From Candidatus Nitrosopumilus koreensis AR1 (GTDB lineage Archaea > Thermoproteota > Nitrososphaeria > Nitrososphaerales > Nitrosopumilaceae): DNA of 32,000 bases. Positions 1 to 8,478 of this stretch are shown here, piece by piece; positions within the stretch are counted from its first letter, which is position 1, and the number at the start of each line of letters is the position of its first letter. The notes beneath the pieces were generated by a model, which was not told the origin of the DNA, did no database searches, and was given only the letters and a program-made list of their open reading frames with translations. Both the position numbers and the translations under genes were made by a program. The stretch lies in contig NC_018655.1 of assembly GCF_000299365.1 (NCBI RefSeq), positions 600,001 through 632,000 of the forward strand, in the 5' to 3' direction.

Positions 1-683
1 TCTCTACTGCTGTCAACTTGCCTTTGGCAAATCTTTTGTCTGATGATTCACCTGAACGTGTTTTAAAATTAGTAAATTCAATGGGAATTGATGATGAGAC
101 TCGTGTTGTTGTTTATGATGATACTTTTGGTGCATTGGCATCTAGAGTTGCATGGACCTTAGAATATCTTGGACATTCAGACGTGAGTTTGCTTGAAACA
201 ACTTACAGTCATTGGAAATCTCTTGGACTTGAAAACGACTCTCAAACCCCTGAAGTGCATAACAAGGAACACTCTTTGAACTTGCAGCCTGATATTTTGG
301 CCACATCTGACTATTTGGACTCTGCAAAACAAAGAGATGATGTGATTCTAATTGATAATAGGGAAAGACTCAATTTCCTTGAACAACATATTCCTGGTGC
401 AATTAGCCTTCCATACAGAACTCTTGCATCAAATGATAAAATTTTACGCTCAAAAGAAGACATGAAACGTTTACTTGATAATCGTGGTATAACTGGTGAT
501 TCTGAAATTATTACATATTGTGGAAGTGTGGGTACTCTATCTGGATTGGCATATTATGCATTAAAAACTGCAGGATTGCCTAATGCCAAATTATATGTTC
601 GTTCTTTTAAAGAATGGAAAAACCTTCAGAAACCTACTGAAAAACAAGAAGATGCAAATTATTGGGATTTATCTGCTGAATAA
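1..683 (+). CDS. Rhodanese-like sulfurtransferase (thiosulfate/3-mercaptopyruvate type), 5' end probably outside window
   Basis: Two rhodanese-like domains; VVVYDDTFGALASRVAWTLEYLGH in the first and active-site loop YCGSVGTLSGLAYYAL in the second. The frame is open upstream of the track's TTG start at 18. Confidence 0.85.
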   Translation, partial: STAVNLPLANLLSDDSPERVLKLVNSMGIDDETRVVVYDDTFGALASRVAWTLEYLGHSDVSLLETTYSHWKSLGLENDSQTPEVHNKEHSLNLQPDILATSDYLDSAKQRDDVILIDNRERLNFLEQHIPGAISLPYRTLASNDKILRSKEDMKRLLDNRGITGDSEIITYCGSVGTLSGLAYYALKTAGLPNAKLYVRSFKEWKNLQKPTEKQEDANYWDLSAE

Positions 684-1805
684 TTAAGAAATTTCGTTTC
701 TAAGTTTTTTTGTAATTGTAACTTCTACATTATCAAATAACGTCAACATTTTTTCTTTGTTTTCAGCAATATAGTCGTCCCCTCTATCTTTTAATCTGAT
801 TTTCCATAATCTTATTTCTCTGTGTTCATCAAAGAAGTTTTCAATCATAGGCTCTCCTGATTTTTTAGGATCAACAAACTCATCAAATATTTCAATTGCT
901 TTTTCTGCATTTTCTTCTTCAATTGCTTCTTTTGCATCTTGGATTGCTTGACTTAGTTCTTTAAGATTTTTCACTGGTTTTGGCAATCTCTTTCGTGTGA
1001 TTCCAAACAATCCCTTCTTTTCTTTACCCATTTTTTCTGCAACATTTGGAGCAAGATCATAAACAGGAATTTTACTTAGACCGTCTCTTTTTTCATTTTG
1101 AACAATCAATCCCTTTTCTAATAATTTTCTCAATGCACCTTCTGCATCAGCTTTATCTAGAAATGTTGTCCATACAATTGAACCCAGTGTGTGGTATCCT
1201 TGTCTTATTGACTCTAAAACTACAACTTCTTGAATTCTTTTGAATCCTTCTTCAATTCTGACATTAACAAAATCTTTATCTCTGATTGATTTTCTTGCAT
1301 TCTTTACATCAATTTCGATTGAACGTTTCAATGCTTCTAGTGATTCTGGAACCTGATTGAGTAATGATAGAAAACATGCTTTGTTATACCAAGCCATTCC
1401 GTATGTTGGGTCTGTTTCAATTGCTTTCTCAACTGAATCCAGAGCTTTAGAATAATTTTTTTGTTCATAATGTACTAATCCTTTAAGATTCCATGCTTCG
1501 GGATTTGTAACATCGATATCTAGAATTTTATCATAAACTTTCAATGCTTCGTTATGATCATCAAGATGAAATCTTGCATATCCTAATTTCAATAATGTCT
1601 CTACATTGTCTGGATCTATTCTCAAAGCTTGTTCAAAGGCTACGATGGCTTCTTCGAGTTTTTCATCTGCCATCAAATTAACTCCTTTTTTAAATAATTT
1701 CTTGCGATTATAGTCGATATCAACTAGTGATGTCTCTTCTGTTTTTTCTTCTATCTTGAATTCTTCTTCTTTTTCCTTTGATTTTTTCCCAAACGGTTTT
1801 TTCAC
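684..1805 (-). CDS. TPR-repeat protein
   Basis: Tandem 34-residue TPR units (AIVAFEQALRIDPDNVETLLKLGYARFHLDDHNEALKVYDKILDIDVTNPEAWNLKGLVHYEQKNYSKALDSVEKAIETDPT). Confidence 0.85.
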   Translation of the reverse strand: MKKPFGKKSKEKEEEFKIEEKTEETSLVDIDYNRKKLFKKGVNLMADEKLEEAIVAFEQALRIDPDNVETLLKLGYARFHLDDHNEALKVYDKILDIDVTNPEAWNLKGLVHYEQKNYSKALDSVEKAIETDPTYGMAWYNKACFLSLLNQVPESLEALKRSIEIDVKNARKSIRDKDFVNVRIEEGFKRIQEVVVLESIRQGYHTLGSIVWTTFLDKADAEGALRKLLEKGLIVQNEKRDGLSKIPVYDLAPNVAEKMGKEKKGLFGITRKRLPKPVKNLKELSQAIQDAKEAIEEENAEKAIEIFDEFVDPKKSGEPMIENFFDEHREIRLWKIRLKDRGDDYIAENKEKMLTLFDNVEVTITKKLRNEIS

Positions 1806-1904
1806 TAGCTCAAAATGCGCTTTTATCTAGATAAATACTATCCTCTGCGAGCCTGAAAATAATCTAATTTGGAATCTAATCATGCGATCTAAATACAGAA
1901 ATAC

Positions 1905-3218
1905 TTGAAGTATAAACAAACGATTGTGGCATCTCAGTCTAAATTAGAAATCCAAGGTCAGGCACCATTTAAACAGTCGGGTGTATATGAGGTTCAAATT
2001 GCAATTGTTGGAAGTAGACCTTCTGATGAACAGATTAAATCAAAACAATTTACTTCTCTATGGCGTGGTAATTTCCATCTTAGGGTAAAAGATGGATTCT
2101 TTTCTGAAACTATTGGTTCTGCTGAAAACCCAATTCCATCTTCTGTGTTAGAGCTAGATACAATTTGGATAATTGTGACTGATTTGTTTTCATCATTGCA
2201 TTCTGTCTTTGATGTTCCATTATCAAAACCAAAATCTCAATCTACTCAAACATTTACTGAAACTAAAGATTCTACTGAAATCAAAACAAGTTCTGAAACT
2301 CCTAAACAAAAACGTGTGACTACAACAACTGCTGGAACTTCAGGACCTACAGGTCCTTCCGGTGACAAAGGCCCTACTGGTCCACAAGGTCCACCCGGTG
2401 ACAAAGGTCCACAAGGTCCTCCAGGACAAATGGGTCCACCCGGTGACAAAGGCCCTGAAGGTCCACAAGGTCCACCCGGTGACAAAGGCCCAACAGGAGA
2501 TCGTGGTTCTTCTGGTGACAAAGGAATTACTGGTGATAAAGGACTAACTGGTGACAAAGGAATTACTGGTGATAAAGGTGATAAAGGTGACAAAGGAGTA
2601 CCTGGTCCTCCTGGAGAAAAAGGTGACAAAGGACCAACAGGTCCGATTGGTGACAAAGGCCCAACAGGACTAAAAGGTCCGATTGGTGACAAAGGAGAAA
2701 AAGGCCCAACAGGTCTCCCAGGTGACAAAGGATTAACTGGATTAAGAGGGTCTCCTGGAGATAAAGGTGACAAAGGTCCACAAGGTCCACCCGGTGACAA
2801 AGGATTAACTGGTCCCATTGGTACTCCTGGAGAAAAAGGTCCAACAGGACAAGTAGGTGTTCAAGGAGAAAAAGGAATTCAAGGTAAACCTGGTCCTATT
2901 GGAGAAAAAGGTCCATTAGGTCCACAAGGAGAAAAAGGTCCATTAGGTCCACCTGGTCCACTTGGCGACAAAGGACTTTGGAGCTGCCTTTCTTGTTGCG
3001 GCTTTTCTCTTTGGAGCTGCTTTCTTAGCTGCAGTTTTCTTTTAGCTGCCTTTCTCTTTGGAGCTGCCTTTCTTGTTGCGGCTTTTCTCTTTGGAGCGGC
3101 TTTTCGTTTAGCTGCCATGTCGAATCGACATTTTCATTGTTTTTCAGTGGTTAAACTAAAGAAATTTACACAAATTGATTACAATTTATCAAGCATTTTT
3201 TTTAAAAATGATCCTTGA
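1905..3218 (+). CDS. Collagen-like Gly-X-Y repeat protein with ~100 aa N-terminal domain and Thr/Ser-rich linker; C-terminal ~80 codons are antisense to a Lys/Ala-rich ORF
   Basis: Uninterrupted G-X-Y from 2334 to 2975, Asp-Lys and Pro rich. Start codon uncertain (TTG 1905 or GTG 1926). Confidence 0.75.
   Translation: MKYKQTIVASQSKLEIQGQAPFKQSGVYEVQIAIVGSRPSDEQIKSKQFTSLWRGNFHLRVKDGFFSETIGSAENPIPSSVLELDTIWIIVTDLFSSLHSVFDVPLSKPKSQSTQTFTETKDSTEIKTSSETPKQKRVTTTTAGTSGPTGPSGDKGPTGPQGPPGDKGPQGPPGQMGPPGDKGPEGPQGPPGDKGPTGDRGSSGDKGITGDKGLTGDKGITGDKGDKGDKGVPGPPGEKGDKGPTGPIGDKGPTGLKGPIGDKGEKGPTGLPGDKGLTGLRGSPGDKGDKGPQGPPGDKGLTGPIGTPGEKGPTGQVGVQGEKGIQGKPGPIGEKGPLGPQGEKGPLGPPGPLGDKGLWSCLSCCGFSLWSCFLSCSFLLAAFLFGAAFLVAAFLFGAAFRLAAMSNRHFHCFSVVKLKKFTQIDYNLSSIFFKNDP
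2334..2975 (+). repeat. Collagen-like Gly-X-Y coding tract, 71 triplets plus a terminal Gly
   Basis: Direct reading of the translation; 642 nt = 71 x 9 + 3, period 9 nt, many GGTGACAAAGG(T/C/A) units. Confidence 0.95.
2976..3017. repeat. 42-bp direct repeat, copy 1
   Basis: ctttggagctgcctttcttgttgcggcttttctctttggagc identical to 3056-3097, offset 80 bp. Confidence 0.95.
3056..3097. repeat. 42-bp direct repeat, copy 2
   Basis: Identical to 2976-3017; the 80-bp offset is one short of 81 (27 codons). Confidence 0.95.
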
Positions 3219-3229
3219 TCGTGATATTT

Positions 3230-3406
3230 TCAATAAACACTTTCAGCTGATGGCCTTCTACCTTGTAACCAACTAGTTTTTCCACATATTGTGCATTTGT
3301 ATTTTCTTCTACGCTTGTATGTTGCCATTTCTGGCAGAAAAACTAATTGTTGTTTTGTTTTTGTCATGCAAAATTTACACCATCTGTGTTCTGTTTCTTG
3401 ATCCAT
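3230..3406 (-). CDS. Small (58 aa) double-CxxC zinc-ribbon protein, downstream of DRG GTPase
   Basis: Not in ORF track. Reads MDQETEHRWCKFCMTKTKQQLVFLPEMATYKRRRKYKCTICGKTSWLQGRRPSAESVY*. Confidence 0.7.
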   Translation of the reverse strand: MDQETEHRWCKFCMTKTKQQLVFLPEMATYKRRRKYKCTICGKTSWLQGRRPSAESVY

Positions 3407-3414
3407 TTTGTATT

Positions 3415-4524
3415 TTATGTTCCGCGAGTTTTGATAATTGTCAATACATCTTCATCTTGTAATATGTGACTTAATCCTACTCTTTGTCCTCCAAACTTAA
3501 CGCTTTTACCCCACACCAATCCGTATCTGAACTCTCTTTTCATTCTTCGATGGAGTTTGTTACAAATATCTTCAACTGAATCTCCTTCTCTGGCAATTAA
3601 TGGTTCTTTGTAATCGGTTTCACCACCTTTTGGGCGCATGTAAATCCTGATGAATTTTAATTTTTCATAAATTTTTTCTTTTAACAAATCAATATTGATA
3701 TCTGAATTTGCTGACACTTCAATGACGTCTGTTTTGATTTTAGTCTTTAGATCTTTCAAAAACTTTTCATCAACTAAATCAATTTTATTCAAAACTGTAA
3801 GCGCTTTTGAATAACTAATGTTTCCTGCAATGTGATCAGCTAATTGTTCTGATGTTATATCTTCTCTTACAACAACTCGTGCACTTACAATTCCGTAAAG
3901 GTGCAGAATGTCTTTTAGATGTTTTTCAGTAATTTTTGTAAGTTTGACTTGTTGTGCAATTGCAATTCCTCCCATTGATGCTTTTTCAATTGTAATGTTT
4001 GGCGGTAATTGATTAAGTCTTATTCCTATGTTTCCTAATTCGGTTATCAATACATCTTCGTGATATGGCTGAAATACATCTAACACTAACAAAACAAGAT
4101 CTGCTGTTCTAGCCACTGACAGAATTCTTTTTCCTAACCCCTTCCCCGTAGATGCTCCTTTAATAATTCCTGGAAGATCTAGAACCTGAATTTTTGCTCC
4201 TCTGTATTCCATCATTCCTGGAACCACCGTAAGTGTAGTAAATTGAAAAGCACCCACAGCTGATTTTGCACCTGTTAATTTGTTGAGCAATGTGGATTTT
4301 CCAACACTTGGCAATCCGATAAATACCACCGTTGCATCTCCACTCCTTCTTACATCGAATCCATCTGATTTCATTCCTGATTTTTTTGCAACATTGTCTT
4401 CTTGCTCTCGCTTGAGCTTTGCAATTTTTGCTTTGAGTAATCCTAAGTGATGCTCTGTAGCTTTATTGATTTGTGTTCTTGCCATTTCATCTTGAATGGC
4501 TTTAATTTTTTCAGGAATTCCCAA
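3415..4524 (-). CDS. DRG/Rbg-family GTPase (OBG-like superfamily) with TGS domain
   Basis: G1 GLPSVGKSTLLN, G3 DLPGI, NKxD motif (LNKIDLV), C-terminal TGS-like region ending VGLSHILQDEDVLTIIK. Confidence 0.93.
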   Translation of the reverse strand: MGIPEKIKAIQDEMARTQINKATEHHLGLLKAKIAKLKREQEDNVAKKSGMKSDGFDVRRSGDATVVFIGLPSVGKSTLLNKLTGAKSAVGAFQFTTLTVVPGMMEYRGAKIQVLDLPGIIKGASTGKGLGKRILSVARTADLVLLVLDVFQPYHEDVLITELGNIGIRLNQLPPNITIEKASMGGIAIAQQVKLTKITEKHLKDILHLYGIVSARVVVREDITSEQLADHIAGNISYSKALTVLNKIDLVDEKFLKDLKTKIKTDVIEVSANSDINIDLLKEKIYEKLKFIRIYMRPKGGETDYKEPLIAREGDSVEDICNKLHRRMKREFRYGLVWGKSVKFGGQRVGLSHILQDEDVLTIIKTRGT

Positions 4525-4526
4525 CG

Positions 4527-4754
4527 TTATTCACTTTTTACTGATTTCTTTTCAAATAAAACCGTATTATTTTTTTCAATCTTTTGAATTCTGCTTATTG
4601 GTATTATCTGATTGTCATCTGATTGAATCAAAAATTCTGGCAATGTTGTCTCTATTGTTCTGTTAAAATTTCGATAGAAAATTTTGTATGTTTTTGCATC
4701 ATCTGCATACATAGCTTTACTAAAAATTTCTTCTATGATCCCTTTTTTCACCAT
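4527..4754 (-). CDS. Small protein resembling UPF0248/DUF504
   Basis: 75 aa; KTYKIFYRNFN...IPISRIQKIEKNNTVLFEK pattern; 2 nt upstream of the GTPase. Confidence 0.55.
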   Translation of the reverse strand: MVKKGIIEEIFSKAMYADDAKTYKIFYRNFNRTIETTLPEFLIQSDDNQIIPISRIQKIEKNNTVLFEKKSVKSE

Positions 4755-4843
4755 TATGATGGAAATGTCTCATTAACTAACAATATGTATTTGCTTTATG
4801 TCTTGCATATCTTTGTTTTTCCAGTAGTAGCAAATATTATTCA

Positions 4844-5557
4844 GTGGAAAAAATCACAGATATGAAAAAAAGAACGTTTGCTGTAGATATTGATGGAACT
4901 ATTACTGAAAATGGTGGGGGGAGAATACATCTTGATGCACTTGAAGCATTAAGACGCCTAACAAATATGGGCCATGATGTAATTTTTGTTACTGGCCGAT
5001 CATCAGTAGAGGGATTTTTACTATCTGTGTTTGGTGGAACCACAAAAGTTGCTGTGGGAGAAAATGGTGGCTGTATTACTTTGGATTCAAACGATCATGT
5101 TTTGTTAGGGAATATTGATGAGTGCAAACATGCATTTAATGTTCTAAAAAATAATCTCAAAAATGTCGAAGAAAAATACGTTTTTCCTAGAATGACTGAG
5201 GTTGTATTGCAGAGAACTTTTGATCTTGATGTCGCACAAAAGATTTTGTCTGAAAACGATCTAGATGTGATATTATCTGATAGTCAATACGCATATCACA
5301 TAAATTCTGCAGGAATAGACAAGGGATCTGGATTTAGGGAAATAATGAAGAGATTTTCAATTACAAGTGATGATGTAATTGCAATTGGAGATAGTGCAAC
5401 TGATGTGCCTTTGTTTAAAGTTGCAAAAACAAGTGTTGCTTTAGGAAATGCTTCTGATGCTGTAAAATCTGAGGCTACAATGACTGTTTCTGCACATGCC
5501 GGTGATGGTGTTCTTGAAGCATTAGATAAATTAGCACCTAGATTATCTGAGATATAG
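4844..5557 (+). CDS. pgp: HAD-superfamily phosphoglycolate phosphatase-like hydrolase
   Basis: FAVDIDGTITENGGG motif I, VTGRSSVEG, K...DVIAIGDSATDVPLFKVAKTSVALGNA. Confidence 0.85.
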   Translation: MEKITDMKKRTFAVDIDGTITENGGGRIHLDALEALRRLTNMGHDVIFVTGRSSVEGFLLSVFGGTTKVAVGENGGCITLDSNDHVLLGNIDECKHAFNVLKNNLKNVEEKYVFPRMTEVVLQRTFDLDVAQKILSENDLDVILSDSQYAYHINSAGIDKGSGFREIMKRFSITSDDVIAIGDSATDVPLFKVAKTSVALGNASDAVKSEATMTVSAHAGDGVLEALDKLAPRLSEI

Positions 5558-5558
5558 T

Positions 5559-7445
5559 ATGACTTTCAAATCTATAATTGATGAAATTGAAAATAATCTA
5601 AACAAGATATTGTCTGAACTTTCTATAATTGATGTAAAATTTTCTGTAGAGCCTGCTAAACCTGGTTTTGGAGATGTTAGTTCAAATGTTTCATTCTTGT
5701 TAGCAAAACAACTCAAAAAAAGTCCTAAAGAAATATCAGAAATGTTATCTGAAAAATATCTTCAATGTGCTAGTACATTAGTTTCAAAATCTGAACCACA
5801 TCCCTCTGGATATCTTAACTTTTATGCCGACTGGAAAAAACTAAATCAATTAATTTTGTCTGAATCAAATCTGCCTGAATTTGGAGATGTTGATATTGGA
5901 AAAAATTCTACCATTGTAGTTGAACATACAAGTGTTAATCCCAACAAAGCATTGCATATTGGTCACATACGTAATATCATAATTGGCGACACTATTTCTA
6001 GAATCTTAAAAAAGGCAAACTATAACGTTAATGTTCTAAATTACATTGATGATTCTGGTCTTCAAGTTGCAGATATCATTGTTGGTTTCAAACATTTTGG
6101 GTTTGAAATAGAACCTCCTAGCGGGAAGAAATTTGATCATTATTGTGGAGATGATGTTTATGTAAAAACAACTGAAAAATATGAACAAGACCCAAGTCTT
6201 GAACAAATCAGAAAAAATGTGCTAAAGGAACTAGAAGATGGAAATTCTGATACTGCTCAATTTGCAGATAAGATCACTCGTCGTGTATTGTCAAATCAAC
6301 TTGAGACCTGTTGGAATCTTGGGGTGTCATATGACTGTCTGAACTTTGAGTCTCAGATAATCCGATCTGGATTGTGGAACCATATTTTTGAAAAACTCAA
6401 AGAAATGCATTTGATAGAATTTGAAAATGATGGAAAAAATGCTGGCTGCTGGGTGATTCGTGGTGAAGGTAAGGAGGAGGATAAAGTGATAGTTAGGAGT
6501 AATGGGACTGCTACGTATATTGCAAAAGACATTCCGTATGCTGCATGGAAATTGGGATTGCTTGATGATCCATTCCATTATGAAAAATATGAAAAAGAAC
6601 AACCAAACGCTCGTGTTTTGTGGCAAACCACATTAAATGAAAGTGCTTCAAAATCTCAGAATTTTTCAGGTGATAAGGTAATTACTGTAATTGATTCTCG
6701 TCAAGCAAGACTGCAAAAAATTATCACATCGCTTATGGGAAAATTCAAATCCATTCCTGATGCATATGTTCATCTTGGATATGAGTCAGTTACTTTGAGC
6801 TCGGATACTGCAAAAATCCTTGGATTAGAAACTGATGGAAAGCAAGCTCAGATGTCTGGTAGGAAGGGATTGTATGTTAATGCAGATTCCGTTTATGACC
6901 TTTTGAAAGAAAAAACAATTGAAGAAACAAAGAAGAGACATTCAGAAATGAGTGATTCTGAAATCAAAATGATTGCTCATAATGTGTCTGTAGCTACACT
7001 GCGTTATGAGATGATCAAACAAGATTTAGACAAAATTATTGCATTTGATTTAACAAAATCTCTAAGCTTGGAAGGGGACACTGCTCCTTACATACAATAT
7101 ACACATGCTCGTGCCTCAAGAATCTTGGAAAAGTCTGGTAAGGCACCTTCTATCGATGTTGATTTCTCTTTACTAAAAGAACCATCTGAAATTGATTTAG
7201 TAAAGACAATTGGTCTTTTTGATTTACAAGTTCGCGATGCTGCAAATAATTTATCCCCAAAAGTAATTTCCAGATATTGTCATGATTTGGCTGTTGCCTT
7301 CAACTCTTTTTATGAAAAATCTAAAGTTCTTGATTTGGGAGATGAGCAACTAGAAAACTCTCGTTTGTGTTTGGTTAATTCGTTTAAGATTGTTATTGAA
7401 AAGGCATTAAATCTTCTAGGTATAACTGCACCTGATAAGATGTAA
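5559..7445 (+). CDS. argS: Arginyl-tRNA synthetase
   Basis: EHTSVNPNKALHIGHIRN (HIGH), NYIDDSGLQVAD, C-terminal YIQYTHARASRIL anticodon-binding region. Confidence 0.97.
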   Translation: MTFKSIIDEIENNLNKILSELSIIDVKFSVEPAKPGFGDVSSNVSFLLAKQLKKSPKEISEMLSEKYLQCASTLVSKSEPHPSGYLNFYADWKKLNQLILSESNLPEFGDVDIGKNSTIVVEHTSVNPNKALHIGHIRNIIIGDTISRILKKANYNVNVLNYIDDSGLQVADIIVGFKHFGFEIEPPSGKKFDHYCGDDVYVKTTEKYEQDPSLEQIRKNVLKELEDGNSDTAQFADKITRRVLSNQLETCWNLGVSYDCLNFESQIIRSGLWNHIFEKLKEMHLIEFENDGKNAGCWVIRGEGKEEDKVIVRSNGTATYIAKDIPYAAWKLGLLDDPFHYEKYEKEQPNARVLWQTTLNESASKSQNFSGDKVITVIDSRQARLQKIITSLMGKFKSIPDAYVHLGYESVTLSSDTAKILGLETDGKQAQMSGRKGLYVNADSVYDLLKEKTIEETKKRHSEMSDSEIKMIAHNVSVATLRYEMIKQDLDKIIAFDLTKSLSLEGDTAPYIQYTHARASRILEKSGKAPSIDVDFSLLKEPSEIDLVKTIGLFDLQVRDAANNLSPKVISRYCHDLAVAFNSFYEKSKVLDLGDEQLENSRLCLVNSFKIVIEKALNLLGITAPDKM

Positions 7446-7448
7446 TGT

Positions 7449-7506
7449 CCCAGTGAGTGCACCACTAATACTGGCTGTCTCACTGGGTGTTGGCGTGCAA
7501 ACCAAC
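7449..7506. other. Two-hairpin GC-rich element between convergent genes (candidate structured RNA or 3' UTR element)
   Basis: CCCAGTGAG(7449-7457)/CTCACTGGG(7479-7487) perfect 9 bp plus GTTGG(7489-7493)/CCAAC(7502-7506). Confidence 0.5.
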
Positions 7507-7568
7507 CATGTTTGATGTTCTTATCTTAAATCTATTGTTATTTGGAAAATGATTTGATTTCTTTTTAA

Positions 7569-8165
7569 TCAATATACTGTAAGAAATAATTGCATTTCAA
7601 ACATGGTTATCAATTTTGCCTGTTGATATATTATGGAATTCATTATGCTTGGTTTTTCTATTATATGCCCTAATCCTAATGCATGACCTAGTTCGTGTCG
7701 GATCAACATTTTTAATTGTGTTGGAGTAATCTCATCTGAATCATAAATACTCACAAAAGCATTTTGTATTTTCCCGTCTTTGTATGTTAATTCTGTAAAT
7801 CCGTCATATTTTGAATTTATTTCATCTTTTAGGTATATCGTGATGTAATTTTGATTGTTAATGTGTCCAATTTGTAATGTTGGTATTTGTGAGCTAAACT
7901 TTGTGTTTGTATTTTTTATCGCATTATTCCAACTTGTAAATTGAGTTTTTGTTTGTCCACCATTGTTTGATTTTATTACTTCTTCCACAATGTCTATTTT
8001 GTAGGGTTGCACTGCTGCATCTCTCATGATTAGAACTGAAATTGTATCTTCTTGAATGTCCCATGGGGTAATGATGCTTTGTTCATCATATTCCATTCCG
8101 TATGCGTAATTGCTTATAGTAATCATAGCTACCGCTATTACTATTGCCAATGCCCCTACTCTCAC
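7569..8165 (-). CDS. Secreted matrixin-like zinc metalloprotease
   Basis: N-terminal hydrophobic signal-like segment; zinc-binding motif RHELGHALGLGH (HExxHxxGxxH) followed by a downstream Met (SIMNS). Confidence 0.85.
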   Translation of the reverse strand: MRVGALAIVIAVAMITISNYAYGMEYDEQSIITPWDIQEDTISVLIMRDAAVQPYKIDIVEEVIKSNNGGQTKTQFTSWNNAIKNTNTKFSSQIPTLQIGHINNQNYITIYLKDEINSKYDGFTELTYKDGKIQNAFVSIYDSDEITPTQLKMLIRHELGHALGLGHIIEKPSIMNSIIYQQAKLITMFEMQLFLTVY

Positions 8166-8321
8166 TGTGATAACTTAGTTTGCTCATATATTATTATGAT
8201 CATTCTATATTTTCAATTTTTAGATTTTTTTGGGATTAAAACATACATTTGTATTTTTTATTATATATGTGAATTTACATTTGTACAATTTTTTAATTAA
8301 TTGCCTTTTATTCTTATGACC

Positions 8322-8425
8322 CCTCCACAACTTGTTCGAATGTGTTATAAGTTACTTATGTTCATAACATATGAGAGGGTGCATATTAGTAGTCCCTAGA
8401 CCCACTATATTACTAATGTACCCTA
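8322..8425. ncRNA. Candidate structured RNA in intergenic region
   Basis: GGGTGCAT(8377-8384)/ATGTACCC(8416-8423), 8 bp with one G-U, continuing after a 2-nt bulge into TAGTA(8387-8391)/TACTA(8411-8415); upstream hairpin TGTTAT/ATAACA around 8343-8369. Confidence 0.4.
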
Positions 8426-8478
8426 TCTGTTTCTTATTTTCTAAAACTGGGGTTTCTTGTTATATCTCATTTGTAGTT

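Larger units (their letters stand above)
2943..3118 (-). pseudogene. Lys/Ala-rich basic protein (histone-H1-tail-like), apparently frameshifted and truncated
   Basis: Minus strand from ATG 3118 reads [28 protein letters not shown] then leaves frame; adding one A in the AAAAGAAAA run near 3035-3042 restores [30 protein letters not shown] with stop at 2943-2945. Confidence 0.5.

Noticed and set aside
2246-2844. Long minus-strand Gly/Pro/Leu/Ser-rich ORFs (190 aa and 93 aa) antisense to the collagen tract
   Set aside because: Reverse complement of a repetitive GGx-CCx tract is automatically open and Gly/Pro-rich; no start context or domain supports an independent gene.
2879-3118. 79-aa minus [13 protein letters not shown]...[13 protein letters not shown] as an intact protein
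   Set aside because: The second half is an out-of-frame reading of the KA-rich repeat followed by antisense collagen; better interpreted as a frameshifted basic ORF.
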